NCBI RefSeq assembly: GCF_001644705.1
Contig: NZ_CP015137.1
Coordinates: 570,001-602,000, forward strand
DNA from: Dickeya solani IPO 2222
GTDB taxonomy: Bacteria > Pseudomonadota > Gammaproteobacteria > Enterobacterales > Enterobacteriaceae
Length of the DNA stretch: 32,000 bases
Direction of reading: 5' to 3'
Shown here: piece by piece, positions 1-9,524 of the stretch
How the letters are laid out: each line of letters starts with the position of its first letter
How positions within the stretch are numbered: position 1 is the first letter of the stretch
Notes under the pieces: generated by a model
What the model was told of the DNA's origin: nothing
Database searches by the model: none
The model's input: only the letters and a program-made list of their open reading frames with translations
Translations under genes and position numbers: made by a program

Positions 1-597
1 CTGGACATCGGCGACCACGCCGCCGTCGCCGATGTCTGCGCAACGCTGCTGGCGCAAACGCCGCGTCTGGATGTGCTGGTGAACGGCGCCGGCATCCTGC
101 GTATGGGCCAGACCGAAACCCTCAGCCAGCAGGACTGGCTGGATTGCCTGACGGTTAACGCCGGCGGCGCGTTTCACCTGTTTCAGGCGCTGATCCCGCA
201 GTTTCAACGGCAGCGTAGCGGCGCGATTGTTTCGATCGGCTCCAACGCCGCGCATGTGCCGCGGGTCGGCATGGCGGCCTATTGCGCATCCAAGGCGGCA
301 TTGCGCAGCCTGTGCCTGACCGTCGGTCTGGAGCTGGCGCCGTACGGCGTGCGCTGTAACATGGTGTCGCCCGGCTCCACCGACACACCGATGCAACGCA
401 GCCTGTGGCACTCGCCGGCCGCGGAACAACACACCATCGCCGGTTTTCCCGCGCAGTTCAAACTGGGGATTCCGCTCGGCAAAATCGCCCGTCCGCGTGA
501 AATCACCGATGCGGTGCTGTTTCTGGCGTCCGATCTGGCCAGCCACGTCACACTACAGGATATGGTGATCGACGGCGGCGCCACGCTGGGTGCGTGA
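1..597 (+). CDS. entA: 2,3-dihydro-2,3-dihydroxybenzoate dehydrogenase (SDR family), 5' end cut by the window edge
   Basis: Frame 1 is open from base 1 to the TGA at 595-597. The translation (..VNGAGILRMG..YCASKAAL..VSPGSTDTPMQ..FKLGIPLGKIARP..LASDLASHVTLQD..GGATLGA) runs collinear with the C-terminal ~200 aa of E. coli EntA as I recall it, including the SDR Y-x3-K motif (YCASK). entH follows, as in entCEBAH. The Dickeya orthologue is named cbsA. Confidence 0.9.
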   Translation: MDIGDHAAVADVCATLLAQTPRLDVLVNGAGILRMGQTETLSQQDWLDCLTVNAGGAFHLFQALIPQFQRQRSGAIVSIGSNAAHVPRVGMAAYCASKAALRSLCLTVGLELAPYGVRCNMVSPGSTDTPMQRSLWHSPAAEQHTIAGFPAQFKLGIPLGKIARPREITDAVLFLASDLASHVTLQDMVIDGGATLGA

Positions 598-636
598 CGC
601 CGTGCGCCGATATCCGGTTTTCAGGGAGAAATAAGC

Positions 637-1053
637 ATGATCTGGAAACGCGCTACCTCACTGGAAGCGCTCAATCAGATGAGCGACGACTGCATGGTGT
701 CCCATCTGGGCATTCGCTTTACCCACATGACGGACAACAGTCTGGAAGCGACCCTGCCGGTAGACGCCCGCACCCGGCAGCCGTTCGGCCTGCTGCACGG
801 CGGCGCTTCGGTGGTGCTGGCGGAATCGCTGGGTTCGGTGGCAGGCTGGCTGTGTACTGAACCGGGCGCCAGCGTGGTCGGCGTGGAAATTAACGCCAGC
901 CATCTGCGGGCCGTCGCACAAGGAGAGGTCCGGGGAATTTGCCAGCCGTTGCATCTGGGCCGCCAGACGCAGGTCTGGCAGATAGAGATCGTGGACGAGC
1001 GCCAGCGGCGCTGCTGCATCGCCCGGCTGACTACGGCCGTCATTCAGCCGTAA
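637..1053 (+). CDS. entH: Hotdog-fold proofreading thioesterase of catecholate siderophore synthesis (EntH/YbdB)
   Basis: 138-aa ORF with ATG preceded by [51 protein letters not shown] closely resembles E. coli EntH as recalled. It sits directly after entA. Confidence 0.9.
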   Translation: MIWKRATSLEALNQMSDDCMVSHLGIRFTHMTDNSLEATLPVDARTRQPFGLLHGGASVVLAESLGSVAGWLCTEPGASVVGVEINASHLRAVAQGEVRGICQPLHLGRQTQVWQIEIVDERQRRCCIARLTTAVIQP

Positions 1054-1135
1054 CCAGAAAAAAGGAAGCCGATGACCTACTTCAGATTGCTGACAAACAC
1101 CTTGATTATCGGTGAGTGGGTTTTTCTGGCGTCCC

Positions 1136-1271
1136 AAACAGTGCTGAGGTGGGCGACTTCGCCGGGTGAGCCGCATGGACGCGGCGAAAGCCCGTGCCGT
1201 GCCAGGAGCACGTCACGGGCGGCCCGAACAGCGAAGGCGAACGCCGAAGGTAGCGCGCAGCGCCACTGTTT
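1136..1271. repeat. Candidate ERIC/IRU-like imperfect palindromic intergenic element
   Basis: 8-bp terminal inverted repeats AAACAGTG (1136-1143) and CACTGTTT (1264-1271) flank about 120 bp of GC-rich non-coding DNA. A central hairpin CCGTG-C-CGTGC-CAGGA-GCACG-T-CACGG lies at about 1192-1219. The 8-mers GGGTGAGC and CCAGGAGC recall the ERIC core (the ERIC1R/ERIC2 primer regions). This rests on memory only. Confidence 0.3.
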
Positions 1272-1401
1272 AGCCACCAGCCAGTGGTCAAGGAGAGGCG
1301 GCGTTTGAGCCTCTCATTGTCGTGCGTGCGATAAAGTGGCAAAGAAATTATACCGCTTATCCCGCACGAAACTATTCACTGACCGGACAAATTCACCATT
1401 C

Positions 1402-1431
1402 ATAAAACAACATGGCTGTTTGTCAACAGCC
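1402..1431 (-). terminator. Candidate rho-independent terminator after the OYE reductase gene
   Basis: On the minus strand the hairpin GGCTGTT-GACA-AACAGCC (1414-1431) is followed by the T-rich ATGTTGTTTTATG. It lies 30 nt downstream of the TAA at 1461-1463. Confidence 0.4.
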
Positions 1432-1460
1432 TCAGGAGGTCGATGGCCTCCTTGTTGGTT

Positions 1461-2519
1461 TTACTCCGCCAGCGCCGGATAATCGGTGTAGCCTTCCGCA
1501 TCCGGGCTGTAAATCGTGTTGCTGTTCAGCTCATTGAGCGGCGCACCGCGACGCAGGCGCTCAACCAGATCCGGGTTGGAAATATAGACACGGCCAAACG
1601 ACACCGCATCCGCCTCGCCGTCCGCCAGCAGTTGCTCTGCGGCGTCACGGGTCAGGCCATCGTTGGCGATCACCACGCCACTGAATGTTTTGCGAATCAG
1701 CGGCAGCATGCGCTGCGGCGTATCCAGCGCTTCGCGTACAAAGATAAACGCCAGTTTACGATCGTTCAGTTGCTCAGCCACATAACCGAACAACGCCTGC
1801 GGATCGGAATCCTGCATCGAGTGTGTGTTGGACATGGTGTTCAGGTGCACACCGACCCGATCCGCCGGCCAGACAGTCAGCACCGCGTCCACCGTATCCA
1901 GCAGGAAACGCGCCCGATTGGCGATGGCGCCACCGTACTGGTCAGTACGCTGATTGGAGCCATCATGCAGGAACTGATCGAACAGGTAACCGTTGGCGGC
2001 GTGGATTTCCACCCCGTCAAAACCGGCGCGTTTGGCGTTTTCCGCCGCCTGACGAAAATCCGCCACAATACCGGCCACTTCTTCGGTTTCCAGCGCGCGC
2101 GGCACCACATAGGACTGGTACGGACGAATCGTCGCCACATGGCCTTCCGCCGCAATGGCGCTGGGCGCGACCGGCAATTCGCCGTCCAGATACACCGGAT
2201 CGGAAATACGCCCCACGTGCCACATTTGCAGCACCATTTTGCCGCCCGCCGCATGTACCGCTGCATTGATGCGGCTCCAGCCCTCGATCTGTTCGTCCGA
2301 CCAGATTCCCGGCGTATTGGGATAGCCGACGCCTTGCGGAGTGACGGCGGTGGCCTCAGTCAGGATCATCCCGGCACTGGCGCGCTGGACGTAATAGTCC
2401 AGCGATAACGCGCTGGGGATCCGCTGGTCGAAAGCGCGCATGCGGGTCAGCGGTGCCATGACAATACGGTTTTCTGCCTTGATAGCGCCAATATGGATTG
2501 GATCAAATAAATCTGACAT
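1461..2519 (-). CDS. NADH:flavin oxidoreductase, Old Yellow Enzyme family (N-ethylmaleimide reductase-like alkene reductase)
   Basis: Start moved to the internal ATG at 2519 (MSDLFDPIHIG..), which is preceded by AAGGAAA. Family motifs: APLTRMRA, SAGMILTEAT, LQMWHVGR, GFDGVEIHAANGYLFDQFL, RTDQYGG, AVSFGR..ISNPDL, EGYTDYP. Confidence 0.85.
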   Translation of the reverse strand: MSDLFDPIHIGAIKAENRIVMAPLTRMRAFDQRIPSALSLDYYVQRASAGMILTEATAVTPQGVGYPNTPGIWSDEQIEGWSRINAAVHAAGGKMVLQMWHVGRISDPVYLDGELPVAPSAIAAEGHVATIRPYQSYVVPRALETEEVAGIVADFRQAAENAKRAGFDGVEIHAANGYLFDQFLHDGSNQRTDQYGGAIANRARFLLDTVDAVLTVWPADRVGVHLNTMSNTHSMQDSDPQALFGYVAEQLNDRKLAFIFVREALDTPQRMLPLIRKTFSGVVIANDGLTRDAAEQLLADGEADAVSFGRVYISNPDLVERLRRGAPLNELNSNTIYSPDAEGYTDYPALAE

Positions 2520-2763
2520 AGCGTTTTCCTTTTCGTTGACACCCAACACGTGAACGGCTGATCCCAGCGAACGGCTACGGCGCCATCGCCCGCACCCGAC
2601 GGAGACACCGCCGGATGATTCGTCGCATCAGCGTAATAATATAGAAGGAATAGGGATATACACCATCGTGGAGAGCGCTGCCAGACCATTCGGTGCTAAT
2701 GGCGGCTTATTGGTTATAACGCGGCGAAGACGTGTGTTTACGTCCCCGCGCGCCGGGGCGACA

Positions 2764-3336
2764 TCAGGTTGTCGGCGACAGTTGCTCGGCAAAGGCGGCC
2801 AGCCGCTGCAGCCCGTACTCCCATTTACCGAATCCCGACTCCGCGTTAATGTGCCCGCCTTCCCCGACATCCACCAGGTCGCTGCCCCAGGCGTGCGCCC
2901 AGTATTCGGCGCGGGAAAACGTCATTAACGGGTCATTGTGGCTGGCGAACGCCAGACTGGGCACCGCCAGTCGTTGAGCCTGAATACGATCTTCGATTTC
3001 AAAACGCATCGGCTCTGCCGGCGCCACCAGCATTACGCCGGCAATGCCTTCCATGCCCTGTTGAACCACATGACAGGCAGCCAGCGCGCCAAAACTGTGA
3101 CCGATCAGGACCGCCGGCCGATCGCAGGTTGCCAGTTCGCGGCGAAGAGCCAGAACCCAGCGGTCCAAATCCGCCTGATACCACTCTTTCTGACGGATAC
3201 GCCGCCAGAAAGGGAACCGCCGCTCCCAGTGGCTCTGCCAGTGTTCGTCATCACTGTCGCGTAGCCCCGGCACCAGCACCATGATCAGGCGTGGGTCGAT
3301 GTCCATCAGACGCTGGTCTACTTCTGTTGTCTGCAT
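2764..3336 (-). CDS. Alpha/beta-fold serine hydrolase, YdeN/RBBP9-like
   Basis: 190-aa ORF with a nucleophile elbow GHSFG (LIGHSFGALA) and an N-terminal IMVLVPGLRDS..HW..W pattern typical of the small YdeN-type hydrolases. The start codon is not certain (ATG 3336 or Met11). Confidence 0.7.
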   Translation of the reverse strand: MQTTEVDQRLMDIDPRLIMVLVPGLRDSDDEHWQSHWERRFPFWRRIRQKEWYQADLDRWVLALRRELATCDRPAVLIGHSFGALAACHVVQQGMEGIAGVMLVAPAEPMRFEIEDRIQAQRLAVPSLAFASHNDPLMTFSRAEYWAHAWGSDLVDVGEGGHINAESGFGKWEYGLQRLAAFAEQLSPTT

Positions 3337-3591
3337 CAGGTTCTGTGTCTCCCTGTTGATTGCCTGTCAGGGTGACGCGGGCACCCTCAGCGATACCGTC
3401 GTTCCTTACACCCTTTTCATTACAATCTGATAACAATATCAGTACCGGCTTACAGCCTACCACGTGATTCCCGATTTGTATCCTAGACTGTGTCCCTTAA
3501 TTATTCGTGCCGCTATGACCGCCCGACCCGCGTCCGTTCTCCTTCCGCGCTCACGCATGATTAAAGAACGCCGCCTGACTCAACGCGGTGC

Positions 3592-4098
3592 CTACACGGT
3601 CAGGCGGGAAAACGCCAGCTCGCGCGGGCTGGCAATACGCCGATAATCCTCGGTATTAAGAATCACCGAGCAGGTCAGCGATCCCGCATTGAACGCCAGT
3701 TCATCAAAACGGGTAAACAGCATCGGGTCGGCCACCAGCAGCAAATCCGCATGAAAACTGAATGGCGGGATGGCGCCGAACACGCAATGCGTCAGGGCGT
3801 CGACTTCCGCCGGGCTGGCCAGCGACGCGCGGGTGCCGCCCAACGCCTGCGCCAGACGGGTTAAATCCGCCTGTTGGTCTGCCGGCAATACCGCCAGCAC
3901 ATGCTGGCGCAGGCCATTGCCCTTGACATGGCAGACCAGCGCCTTGGCCCCCTGCCCCAGTTCGGTGCCGCGTATCCGTGCGACCTCCTCCGAACGACCG
4001 GCGCGGTCATGATGCACGACCCGATAACGCGCCCGCTCCTGTTCAAGGCGCTGACACAACTGCTCAAAAATGGTGCTCGTCTGCATAATCTGACTCAT
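3592..4098 (-). CDS. YbaK/EbsC-family aminoacyl-tRNA deacylase domain protein (YeaK-like)
   Basis: The ORF-track ORF is trimmed to the ATG at 4098 (MSQIMQTSTIF..), giving 168 aa. ..GQGAKALVC..VLAVLPADQQADL..ASLASPAEV..GAIPPFSF..AFNAGS fits the YbaK/ProX editing-domain fold. The upstream 73 codons of the long ORF look non-coding. Confidence 0.7.
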   Translation of the reverse strand: MSQIMQTSTIFEQLCQRLEQERARYRVVHHDRAGRSEEVARIRGTELGQGAKALVCHVKGNGLRQHVLAVLPADQQADLTRLAQALGGTRASLASPAEVDALTHCVFGAIPPFSFHADLLLVADPMLFTRFDELAFNAGSLTCSVILNTEDYRRIASPRELAFSRLTV

Positions 4099-4357
4099 CG
4101 TTATTAAGGCCGGAAAACCGCTGCCTTTTGTCTGACTGGGCAGCCTGCCGTCAATGTTTTTTAATGCTATTCCCAGCGGATTTAAAGCCATTTCTCTTGA
4201 ATTTCGCCCCTGACCCAGCGTAGATTTAGCGCCGATTCCGTCATCTGTCTGCAAGTGGCAGCGATGGCAGGGGGAACGGCTCTGAACCGGGCAGTTCCTG
4301 AACGGTAAAACGCACAATCGGAATCATTGCTGGCGTGATATTGCTGGAGAGAAATCA

Positions 4358-4432
4358 GTGAAGTACTTATTCATGGGCGTTTCATTCATTCTGTTTTTGT
4401 GGGTAGGCACTTTTTTACTGATGCTGGAGTAA
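4358..4432 (+). CDS. 24-codon hydrophobic small membrane peptide, YpdK-like
   Basis: Not in the ORF track because it is under 60 aa. GGAGAG is followed by 6 nt and then GTG at 4358. Translation V/M-KYLFMGVSFILFLWVGTFLLMLE, stop TAA at 4430-4432. It resembles E. coli YpdK (about MKYFFMGISFMVIVWAGTFALMI) as I recall it. A strong terminator follows. Confidence 0.5.
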   Translation: MKYLFMGVSFILFLWVGTFLLMLE

Positions 4433-4527
4433 CCCTGACGGTATTTCACCATCCACTTCGGCAGGCGGCTCCTGTCGGGGCAACAACAAAAAATAATGAT
4501 CAGGCGCACACGAAAGACGAATAAACG

Positions 4528-4562
4528 ACAGGCTGGCGGCCACTCTGCCAGCCTGTTTTTTA
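4528..4562. terminator. Rho-independent terminator, probably bidirectional (small peptide gene on +, outO on -)
   Basis: 10-bp perfect stem ACAGGCTGGC (4528-4537) / GCCAGCCTGT (4547-4556) followed by a T run (4556-4561). On the minus strand the same hairpin is followed by CGTTTATTCGTCTTT, 67 nt after the outO stop. Confidence 0.65.
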
Positions 4563-4628
4563 TGGGATTTCCAATGAGCAACGTAGCCCAACATCGTGAC
4601 GCTGGCGCGCGCACGGGCCAGCGGCGGT

Positions 4629-5480
4629 TCAGTGACTCCAGCCCCCCAGCACATTCAACACCAGGCTGACTGCGCCGCCCACCGCCAACCAGGGGCCAAA
4701 CGCCAGCGGTTGCTGCATGTTGATACGGCGCACGCGCCGCCACAACAGTGTCGCCACCAACCCGGTCAGCGAGGCAATCAACACCAGATTCGGCAGCGCC
4801 TGCCAGCCCAGCCAGGCGCCCAACGCGGCCAGTAATTTGAAATCGCCCTGCCCCAGCGCTTCACGCCCGCTCAGCAGACGAAATGCCCAGTAAATCAACC
4901 ACAGCGACAGATAGCCTGCCATCGCACCGACCACGGCCTGCTCAAGCGGCACAAAGGTATCCGCCAGATTAAACAGCAAACCGCCCCACAACAGCGGGAG
5001 GGTCATGACATCCGGCAATAACTGAGTTCGGGCATCGATAGCTGCCAGCGCCAGCAACATGCCAAAACACAGCAACGCGCCCAGTAACGCCAGCCCCGGC
5101 TGCCAGAGCAGCCCGGCCAACAGAAACGATAGCCCGGACAACAGTTCAATCAGCGGATAACGCCAGGATATCGCACCGCCACAGCAATGGGCGCGCCCGC
5201 GCAGCCCTATCCAGCTCAGCAGCGGAATGTTGTCGCGCACGCGCAGTCGTTGATGGCAATGAGGACAAGACGATGGCGGCCAGCAAAGATCATAACGGGG
5301 AGACGGCGCGCCAGCAGGCTGACCGAGCTGAAAACGCGCTTCCTGCTGCCAGCGCCGTTCCAGCATTACCGGCAGCCGGTGGATCACCACGTTGAGAAAA
5401 CTGCCGGTAATCAGCCCCAGCAATAACAGCGCCGTCAGCCAGATATGCGGGAAGGCGCCGGTAAAGGCAATCAGATCCAT
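4629..5480 (-). CDS. outO: Type II secretion prepilin peptidase / N-methyltransferase (GspO)
   Basis: Start set at ATG 5480 (MDLIAFTGAF..), preceded by GGGAGA, giving 283 aa. Two Cys pairs (CPHCHQ.. / HCCGGAISWRYP), catalytic Asp regions (AIDARTQLLPD and GQGDFKLLAALGAWLG) and multiple TM segments. Confidence 0.9.
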   Translation of the reverse strand: MDLIAFTGAFPHIWLTALLLLGLITGSFLNVVIHRLPVMLERRWQQEARFQLGQPAGAPSPRYDLCWPPSSCPHCHQRLRVRDNIPLLSWIGLRGRAHCCGGAISWRYPLIELLSGLSFLLAGLLWQPGLALLGALLCFGMLLALAAIDARTQLLPDVMTLPLLWGGLLFNLADTFVPLEQAVVGAMAGYLSLWLIYWAFRLLSGREALGQGDFKLLAALGAWLGWQALPNLVLIASLTGLVATLLWRRVRRINMQQPLAFGPWLAVGGAVSLVLNVLGGWSH

Positions 5481-5619
5481 GTTGTTCTCCCATCCCAATC
5501 CCTGATGGACCGGTATGCTGACACAATACGCCAGCCCGTGCCAGACAGGTGAATCACCGGCATCGTTTTTTGCGCGCCAGCGCGCAGACTGGTTGATTAT
5601 CGACGGCGGCGTCAAGCCA

Positions 5620-5652
5620 TGCCAGCCTGCCGCTTAACGCCGGGCAGACTGG
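5620..5652 (-). other. Stable RNA hairpin between outM and outO (possible 3'-end or processing structure, no U tract)
   Basis: In the minus-strand transcript GCCAGUCUGCC-(11 nt)-GGCAGGCUGGC forms an 11-bp stem with one G.U pair. It begins 13 nt after the outM stop. On the plus strand the same position is a C.A mismatch, so the structure is strand-specific. Confidence 0.3.
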
Positions 5653-5664
5653 CGGTTGCATCGG

Positions 5665-6153
5665 TTACAGCACCCGCTCCAGCGACAACCGGGTCACCTC
5701 CACCATGCCGGCGCTGTTGGGAACGGCCGTGACATCCAGCCCCTGGGTGATCACGCCGTTTTTCTGTTCCAGTTCAGCCAGCCAGTGTAGCAGGTTGTTG
5801 AAATCGCTACGGGCTAACGTCACCGACACCTGCGACTCCTGCGGCTGCATGCGCAGTACGGTAATGCCGTAGCGGGCCGCGCTTTGCGGCACCAATACCG
5901 TCAGGCTGACGTCCCGCCCGGCGATCTGCCGCCGCGTCCCTTCCGATGGCGGCAAACGCGGCGCCTGTTGCTGCATCCAGCGCACGGTCTGACGTTCGCG
6001 GTCAATGGTCATCTGCCACTGCCGCCCCCGTTCCTGCCACGGCGCCCAGCACAGATAATACAGCAGGCATAACAGCACCAGACCGCCGCACGCCAGCGTC
6101 ATCATTCGTTCGCGCTGGCTCATTATCTGCCAGCGACGACGCAATTCATTCAT
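5665..6153 (-). CDS. outM: Type II secretion inner-membrane platform protein GspM
   Basis: 162 aa with a single N-terminal TM segment (MMTLACGGLVLLCLLYYLCWAPW). Its ATG overlaps the outL stop (ATGA). It is positioned after GspL. Confidence 0.85.
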   Translation of the reverse strand: MNELRRRWQIMSQRERMMTLACGGLVLLCLLYYLCWAPWQERGRQWQMTIDRERQTVRWMQQQAPRLPPSEGTRRQIAGRDVSLTVLVPQSAARYGITVLRMQPQESQVSVTLARSDFNNLLHWLAELEQKNGVITQGLDVTAVPNSAGMVEVTRLSLERVL

Positions 6154-7352
6154 GGCTGATTCCTCAGAGTTAACTGGCCTTCCACATGGTCTTTTTCCTG
6201 CTTCATTTCACCCGGCGGGATCTGGAAATATGCCTGAGCCTGCTGGCGGAACTGTTCCATCTGCGCATAAGACGTCGCACGCAGGCTGAGACGCAGTTCA
6301 TCGCGGCTGCGATCGTACGACAGCGACTGCAGCGACACGCCGTCATTCTGCGCCACCAGTTGCTGCAGCCGGTTCATCTGCTCCGTCAACGCAAAGCCGC
6401 TCATGCCGGAACGCGCCTCCTGCAAATGACGTTGCATCTGCGCACGCGGATTCACCACCTGCTTCTCGTCCGGAAACAGTTTGCGGTACATCCGCACACT
6501 CTCCTGGCGCCAGTAATCCGCCTGACGATACAGTTGGTAATGGGTCCAGACAGATTCGCCCAGCACCAACAGCAGCCAGGCGAACAAGGCGATCAGCACA
6601 TTGCGCCACGGCAACACCGCCTGTTTCCAGGGTTTCACCGGCGCGTACTCACCCTGACGTAGATCCATACTTATCGGCAGGCTGGCCTGCGCGGCCAGCG
6701 TCAGCAAATCCGTCGCCGGTTGCGGTTGCCAGGTCAGCGCCGACGCAGGCACCGGGCTATAACAGTGTACGGCGGGCAACGGCTGAAATCCGGCCAGCAG
6801 CGACTGATACCAGTTGTCTTCCGCCGCCATGCCGATGCCGGTATCTAACCGGAACAGCCACAGATTCTGATGACTGATGGCACTCCAGGCGCTGTCGGTC
6901 CGCGGCAGCACCATCACATCCGGCACAACCGTCTCTACCGGCACGCCCAGCGTCTCACACTGGTTCAGCCATGACCGCAGTCGTGATTTCTGCACCACCG
7001 CGACGGTCGCGTTATCCCCCTGCATTTCCATGACGGCAAAATGCAGTTGGTCGATATCGCTCGCCACCTGCTCTTCCAGCATAAACGGAATGGCCTGCAG
7101 CAATTGCCGGCGTGACTGACGCGGCAGCGACAGGCTATGAAACGTGACGTCGGTCGACGGTACCAGCACCCGCACCGACATCACCGGATAATCCGCCAGC
7201 ACCGTTTGAAGACGCTCCAGCGTTCCGTTGCCCTGCGTCAGGGTCTGGTGGCGGCTGATCGACCAGATCAGCCATTCCAGGCTGTCTGAAGTCTCTGCGG
7301 ACAACCGCAGAATCAGCTGTTGTTTGCCGCTGACGTTCTCGGCCCTGTTCAT
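6150..7352 (-). CDS. outL: Type II secretion inner-membrane platform protein GspL
   Basis: 400 aa with a cytoplasmic actin-like N-domain, a mid-protein TM segment (VLIALFAWLLLVLG) and a periplasmic C-domain. ATGA overlaps with outK and outM. Confidence 0.85.
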   Translation of the reverse strand: MNRAENVSGKQQLILRLSAETSDSLEWLIWSISRHQTLTQGNGTLERLQTVLADYPVMSVRVLVPSTDVTFHSLSLPRQSRRQLLQAIPFMLEEQVASDIDQLHFAVMEMQGDNATVAVVQKSRLRSWLNQCETLGVPVETVVPDVMVLPRTDSAWSAISHQNLWLFRLDTGIGMAAEDNWYQSLLAGFQPLPAVHCYSPVPASALTWQPQPATDLLTLAAQASLPISMDLRQGEYAPVKPWKQAVLPWRNVLIALFAWLLLVLGESVWTHYQLYRQADYWRQESVRMYRKLFPDEKQVVNPRAQMQRHLQEARSGMSGFALTEQMNRLQQLVAQNDGVSLQSLSYDRSRDELRLSLRATSYAQMEQFRQQAQAYFQIPPGEMKQEKDHVEGQLTLRNQP

Positions 7353-8410
7353 GGGTTCACCGTCCTATATCCCCCGTACTGACGTTGCACCACCTCAATC
7401 TGTTTGCCACGATGAAACAGACTGCGTTGATAGAATTCACTGTCGTCCACCCGTATCTGAATGTCGGCGAAGAACCAGTCGCTCTTGATCGCCAGCACCT
7501 GGCGGACGCCGGTTTTAGCATTTTCCGGCAGTGGCGACAGCCCCATAAAGTCATTAAGGTTGCGCCACCCCTGAGGCGGGCGCTGCTGCAAAACGCGCTC
7601 GGCCGCTTCCACGCTCATTTCTCCCATGAACAACGCCGACAGCAACGGCGCGCTCTCTGGCGTCAGGGTATTGACGTTGATCACCAGCTTGTCCACCGGC
7701 AACACGCACACATAAGGCAGTAACCGACGGTACAGCGCCGCATCCACGCCTATCACCGCCCGCAATTCCGTGACGTCCGTCATGCGCTGATTGCCGGGAT
7801 GAAAGTTGACATAGCTGTCATCTTCCGCGCCGTTCATCAACGGTTCGCTATCCTCGTCGATCCAGTCGCGCACCGCATCCGTCACGCGTTCGGCCTGTTT
7901 CGGATCTTCTCCCAGCACCACCAGCAACTGCCGAAATACCTGAGCGGCGTAAGGCCCCTGTCCGGGGTTACCGCCTTTGGAAGGCGTGCTTTGATTGTTG
8001 GTATCGGTATTACTGTTGCCGGCATTGTTGCTGGTATTGTTATTGCCGGATGCATTATTGGGCGGTGGCTTTTTGGCCGGACTGAGCGCGTTAAGATTGA
8101 GACACGCCTGACCGTCCAGCACCTGTGCACGAATTTCGCTGCCGTCCGCCATCATCTGATGATCCACCTTCGACCAGGGTTGACCGACAAAGGTACTTTC
8201 CGGCGATGCCTGAGCGTCACGCTGCAACACGCTGGAAATCAGCGCCTCCGCACCTAACGCATACCAGCGAGCCTGCGTGCGGTTCAGCAGATTGCTGGTG
8301 CGTTGCCATGCCTTGCCGCTACGCTCTGTAATAGAGGCGGCAATGGTGACCATCAACGCCAGCATCAGCATCACAATCAACAAGGCGACACCACGTTGCC
8401 GACGGCTCAT
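7349..8410 (-). CDS. outK: Type II secretion minor pseudopilin GspK
   Basis: 353 aa. N-terminus [20 protein letters not shown] is a GspK-type prepilin-like leader (no Glu+5, as usual for GspK). ATGA overlaps on both sides. It carries an N/S/T-rich insertion at aa 111-153. Confidence 0.85.
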   Translation of the reverse strand: MSRRQRGVALLIVMLMLALMVTIAASITERSGKAWQRTSNLLNRTQARWYALGAEALISSVLQRDAQASPESTFVGQPWSKVDHQMMADGSEIRAQVLDGQACLNLNALSPAKKPPPNNASGNNNTSNNAGNSNTDTNNQSTPSKGGNPGQGPYAAQVFRQLLVVLGEDPKQAERVTDAVRDWIDEDSEPLMNGAEDDSYVNFHPGNQRMTDVTELRAVIGVDAALYRRLLPYVCVLPVDKLVINVNTLTPESAPLLSALFMGEMSVEAAERVLQQRPPQGWRNLNDFMGLSPLPENAKTGVRQVLAIKSDWFFADIQIRVDDSEFYQRSLFHRGKQIEVVQRQYGGYRTVNP

Positions 8411-9147
8411 GAGTCACCTCCGCCGTTGTCTTCCGGCGATGCCTGATTCTGCTCGCCAGACGAGTCGGTATTTTCCTGCGGCGACTGATCCTGACTGTTC
8501 TCGTCCTTGTTCCCATCGCCATTATTGCCATTCGGGCCGCCCTTGCGCGGCGCCTCGACATAGCGCGGCGTCACCAGAAACACGCGGGTAATCTCACCGT
8601 AGTCCCGCAAGGTAACGACGACAGCAATGCCTTGCGGCAGGTGGGCCGGGTCATCCCAGCGATCCTGCCAGCCGTCCTTGCCGAAAAAACGCAATACAAA
8701 CCCGGTGACGCCGGTTAACACCGGACGTATCGCCGCCTCTTGCGTGGACAGCGGCTCGGAAGAATCATAAAACAGCCGTTCCAGCGCATCGCCCCGCAAC
8801 CGGTAGCCGACACGTTGCAGCTCAGAGCGCGGCATAATGCCCAGCGGGTTGAGCCAGCCATTGCGGATAAAACTGACCGCCCAGTCGGCGCTGCTTAATT
8901 GATAACGTTCGGCGTAAAAACCCAGTTCATACCCCTGACTACGGCGGGGAACGATTTGTGAAAAATCTCGCTCCATCAGGGAAAAGGCCCGCTGCAACTC
9001 CGCCAGGCGGGCTTCTTTACGCGCCGAAGCCTCATCGTTACGCATCACACCATTCATCACCTGCGAGGCGGCCAGGCTGAGCGCGGCGAAAATCGCCAGC
9101 GCCAGCATCACTTCCAACAGGGTAAACCCGCGATCTAGCCGTTTCAC
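8407..9147 (-). CDS. outJ: Type II secretion minor pseudopilin GspJ
   Basis: GTG start overlapping the outI stop (GTGA). Prepilin signal ..[17 protein letters not shown]. 246 aa with a roughly 49-aa acidic N/G/Q/S-rich C-terminal tail. Confidence 0.85.
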   Translation of the reverse strand: MKRLDRGFTLLEVMLALAIFAALSLAASQVMNGVMRNDEASARKEARLAELQRAFSLMERDFSQIVPRRSQGYELGFYAERYQLSSADWAVSFIRNGWLNPLGIMPRSELQRVGYRLRGDALERLFYDSSEPLSTQEAAIRPVLTGVTGFVLRFFGKDGWQDRWDDPAHLPQGIAVVVTLRDYGEITRVFLVTPRYVEAPRKGGPNGNNGDGNKDENSQDQSPQENTDSSGEQNQASPEDNGGGDS

Positions 9148-9521
9148 TGCGCGGGCTCTCCCGGCTGAACCTGATAGCTACGCAATATCGCATCGGCAGC
9201 CCGGCTGTCACGCTCATGACGAACCTCAACATCCACCGCGCGTACCTGTGTATCCGCCGTTGCCACGCCCTGCATACGCCAGAACCAGAGCGAACCGGCA
9301 AAATTGATTTCACCATCCACCCATTGCGTCTGCGGCCACTGTTTTTCCAGCCGCATTACCGCCTGCTGATTTTCCGCAATCCAGAGCGCAAACGTTTTCT
9401 CTTCCAGACGACCCAGCCCGTTAGCCTGTTGTGCGGTCGTTTTCAGCACGGTCAATCCGGCCAGTGCGAAAATCACCAACGCCACCATCACTTCGAGCAA
9501 CGTCATTCCCTGTTGTTTCAT
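9144..9521 (-). CDS. outI: Type II secretion minor pseudopilin GspI
   Basis: 125 aa with a prepilin signal [22 protein letters not shown]. Confidence 0.85.
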   Translation of the reverse strand: MKQQGMTLLEVMVALVIFALAGLTVLKTTAQQANGLGRLEEKTFALWIAENQQAVMRLEKQWPQTQWVDGEINFAGSLWFWRMQGVATADTQVRAVDVEVRHERDSRAADAILRSYQVQPGEPAQ

Positions 9522-9524
9522 CCC

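Noticed and set aside
1443-2408. 321-aa ORF on the plus strand
   Set aside because: It is entirely antisense to the well-supported OYE reductase gene. Its R/H/Q-rich composition is typical of the reverse frame of a GC-rich gene, and it has no SD sequence.
4324-4743. 139-aa ORF on the minus strand running from inside outO across the terminator and the small peptide gene
   Set aside because: It overlaps the outO 3' end in another frame, crosses a strong terminator hairpin and has an implausible composition. The small plus-strand peptide with an SD sequence explains the region better.
5566-5595. GC palindrome TGCGCGC-CA-GCGCGCA flanked by a T6 run between outM and outO
   Set aside because: The T run precedes the hairpin on the plus strand, and an A run follows it on the minus strand. 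It therefore has the wrong polarity to be a rho-independent terminator for either strand.
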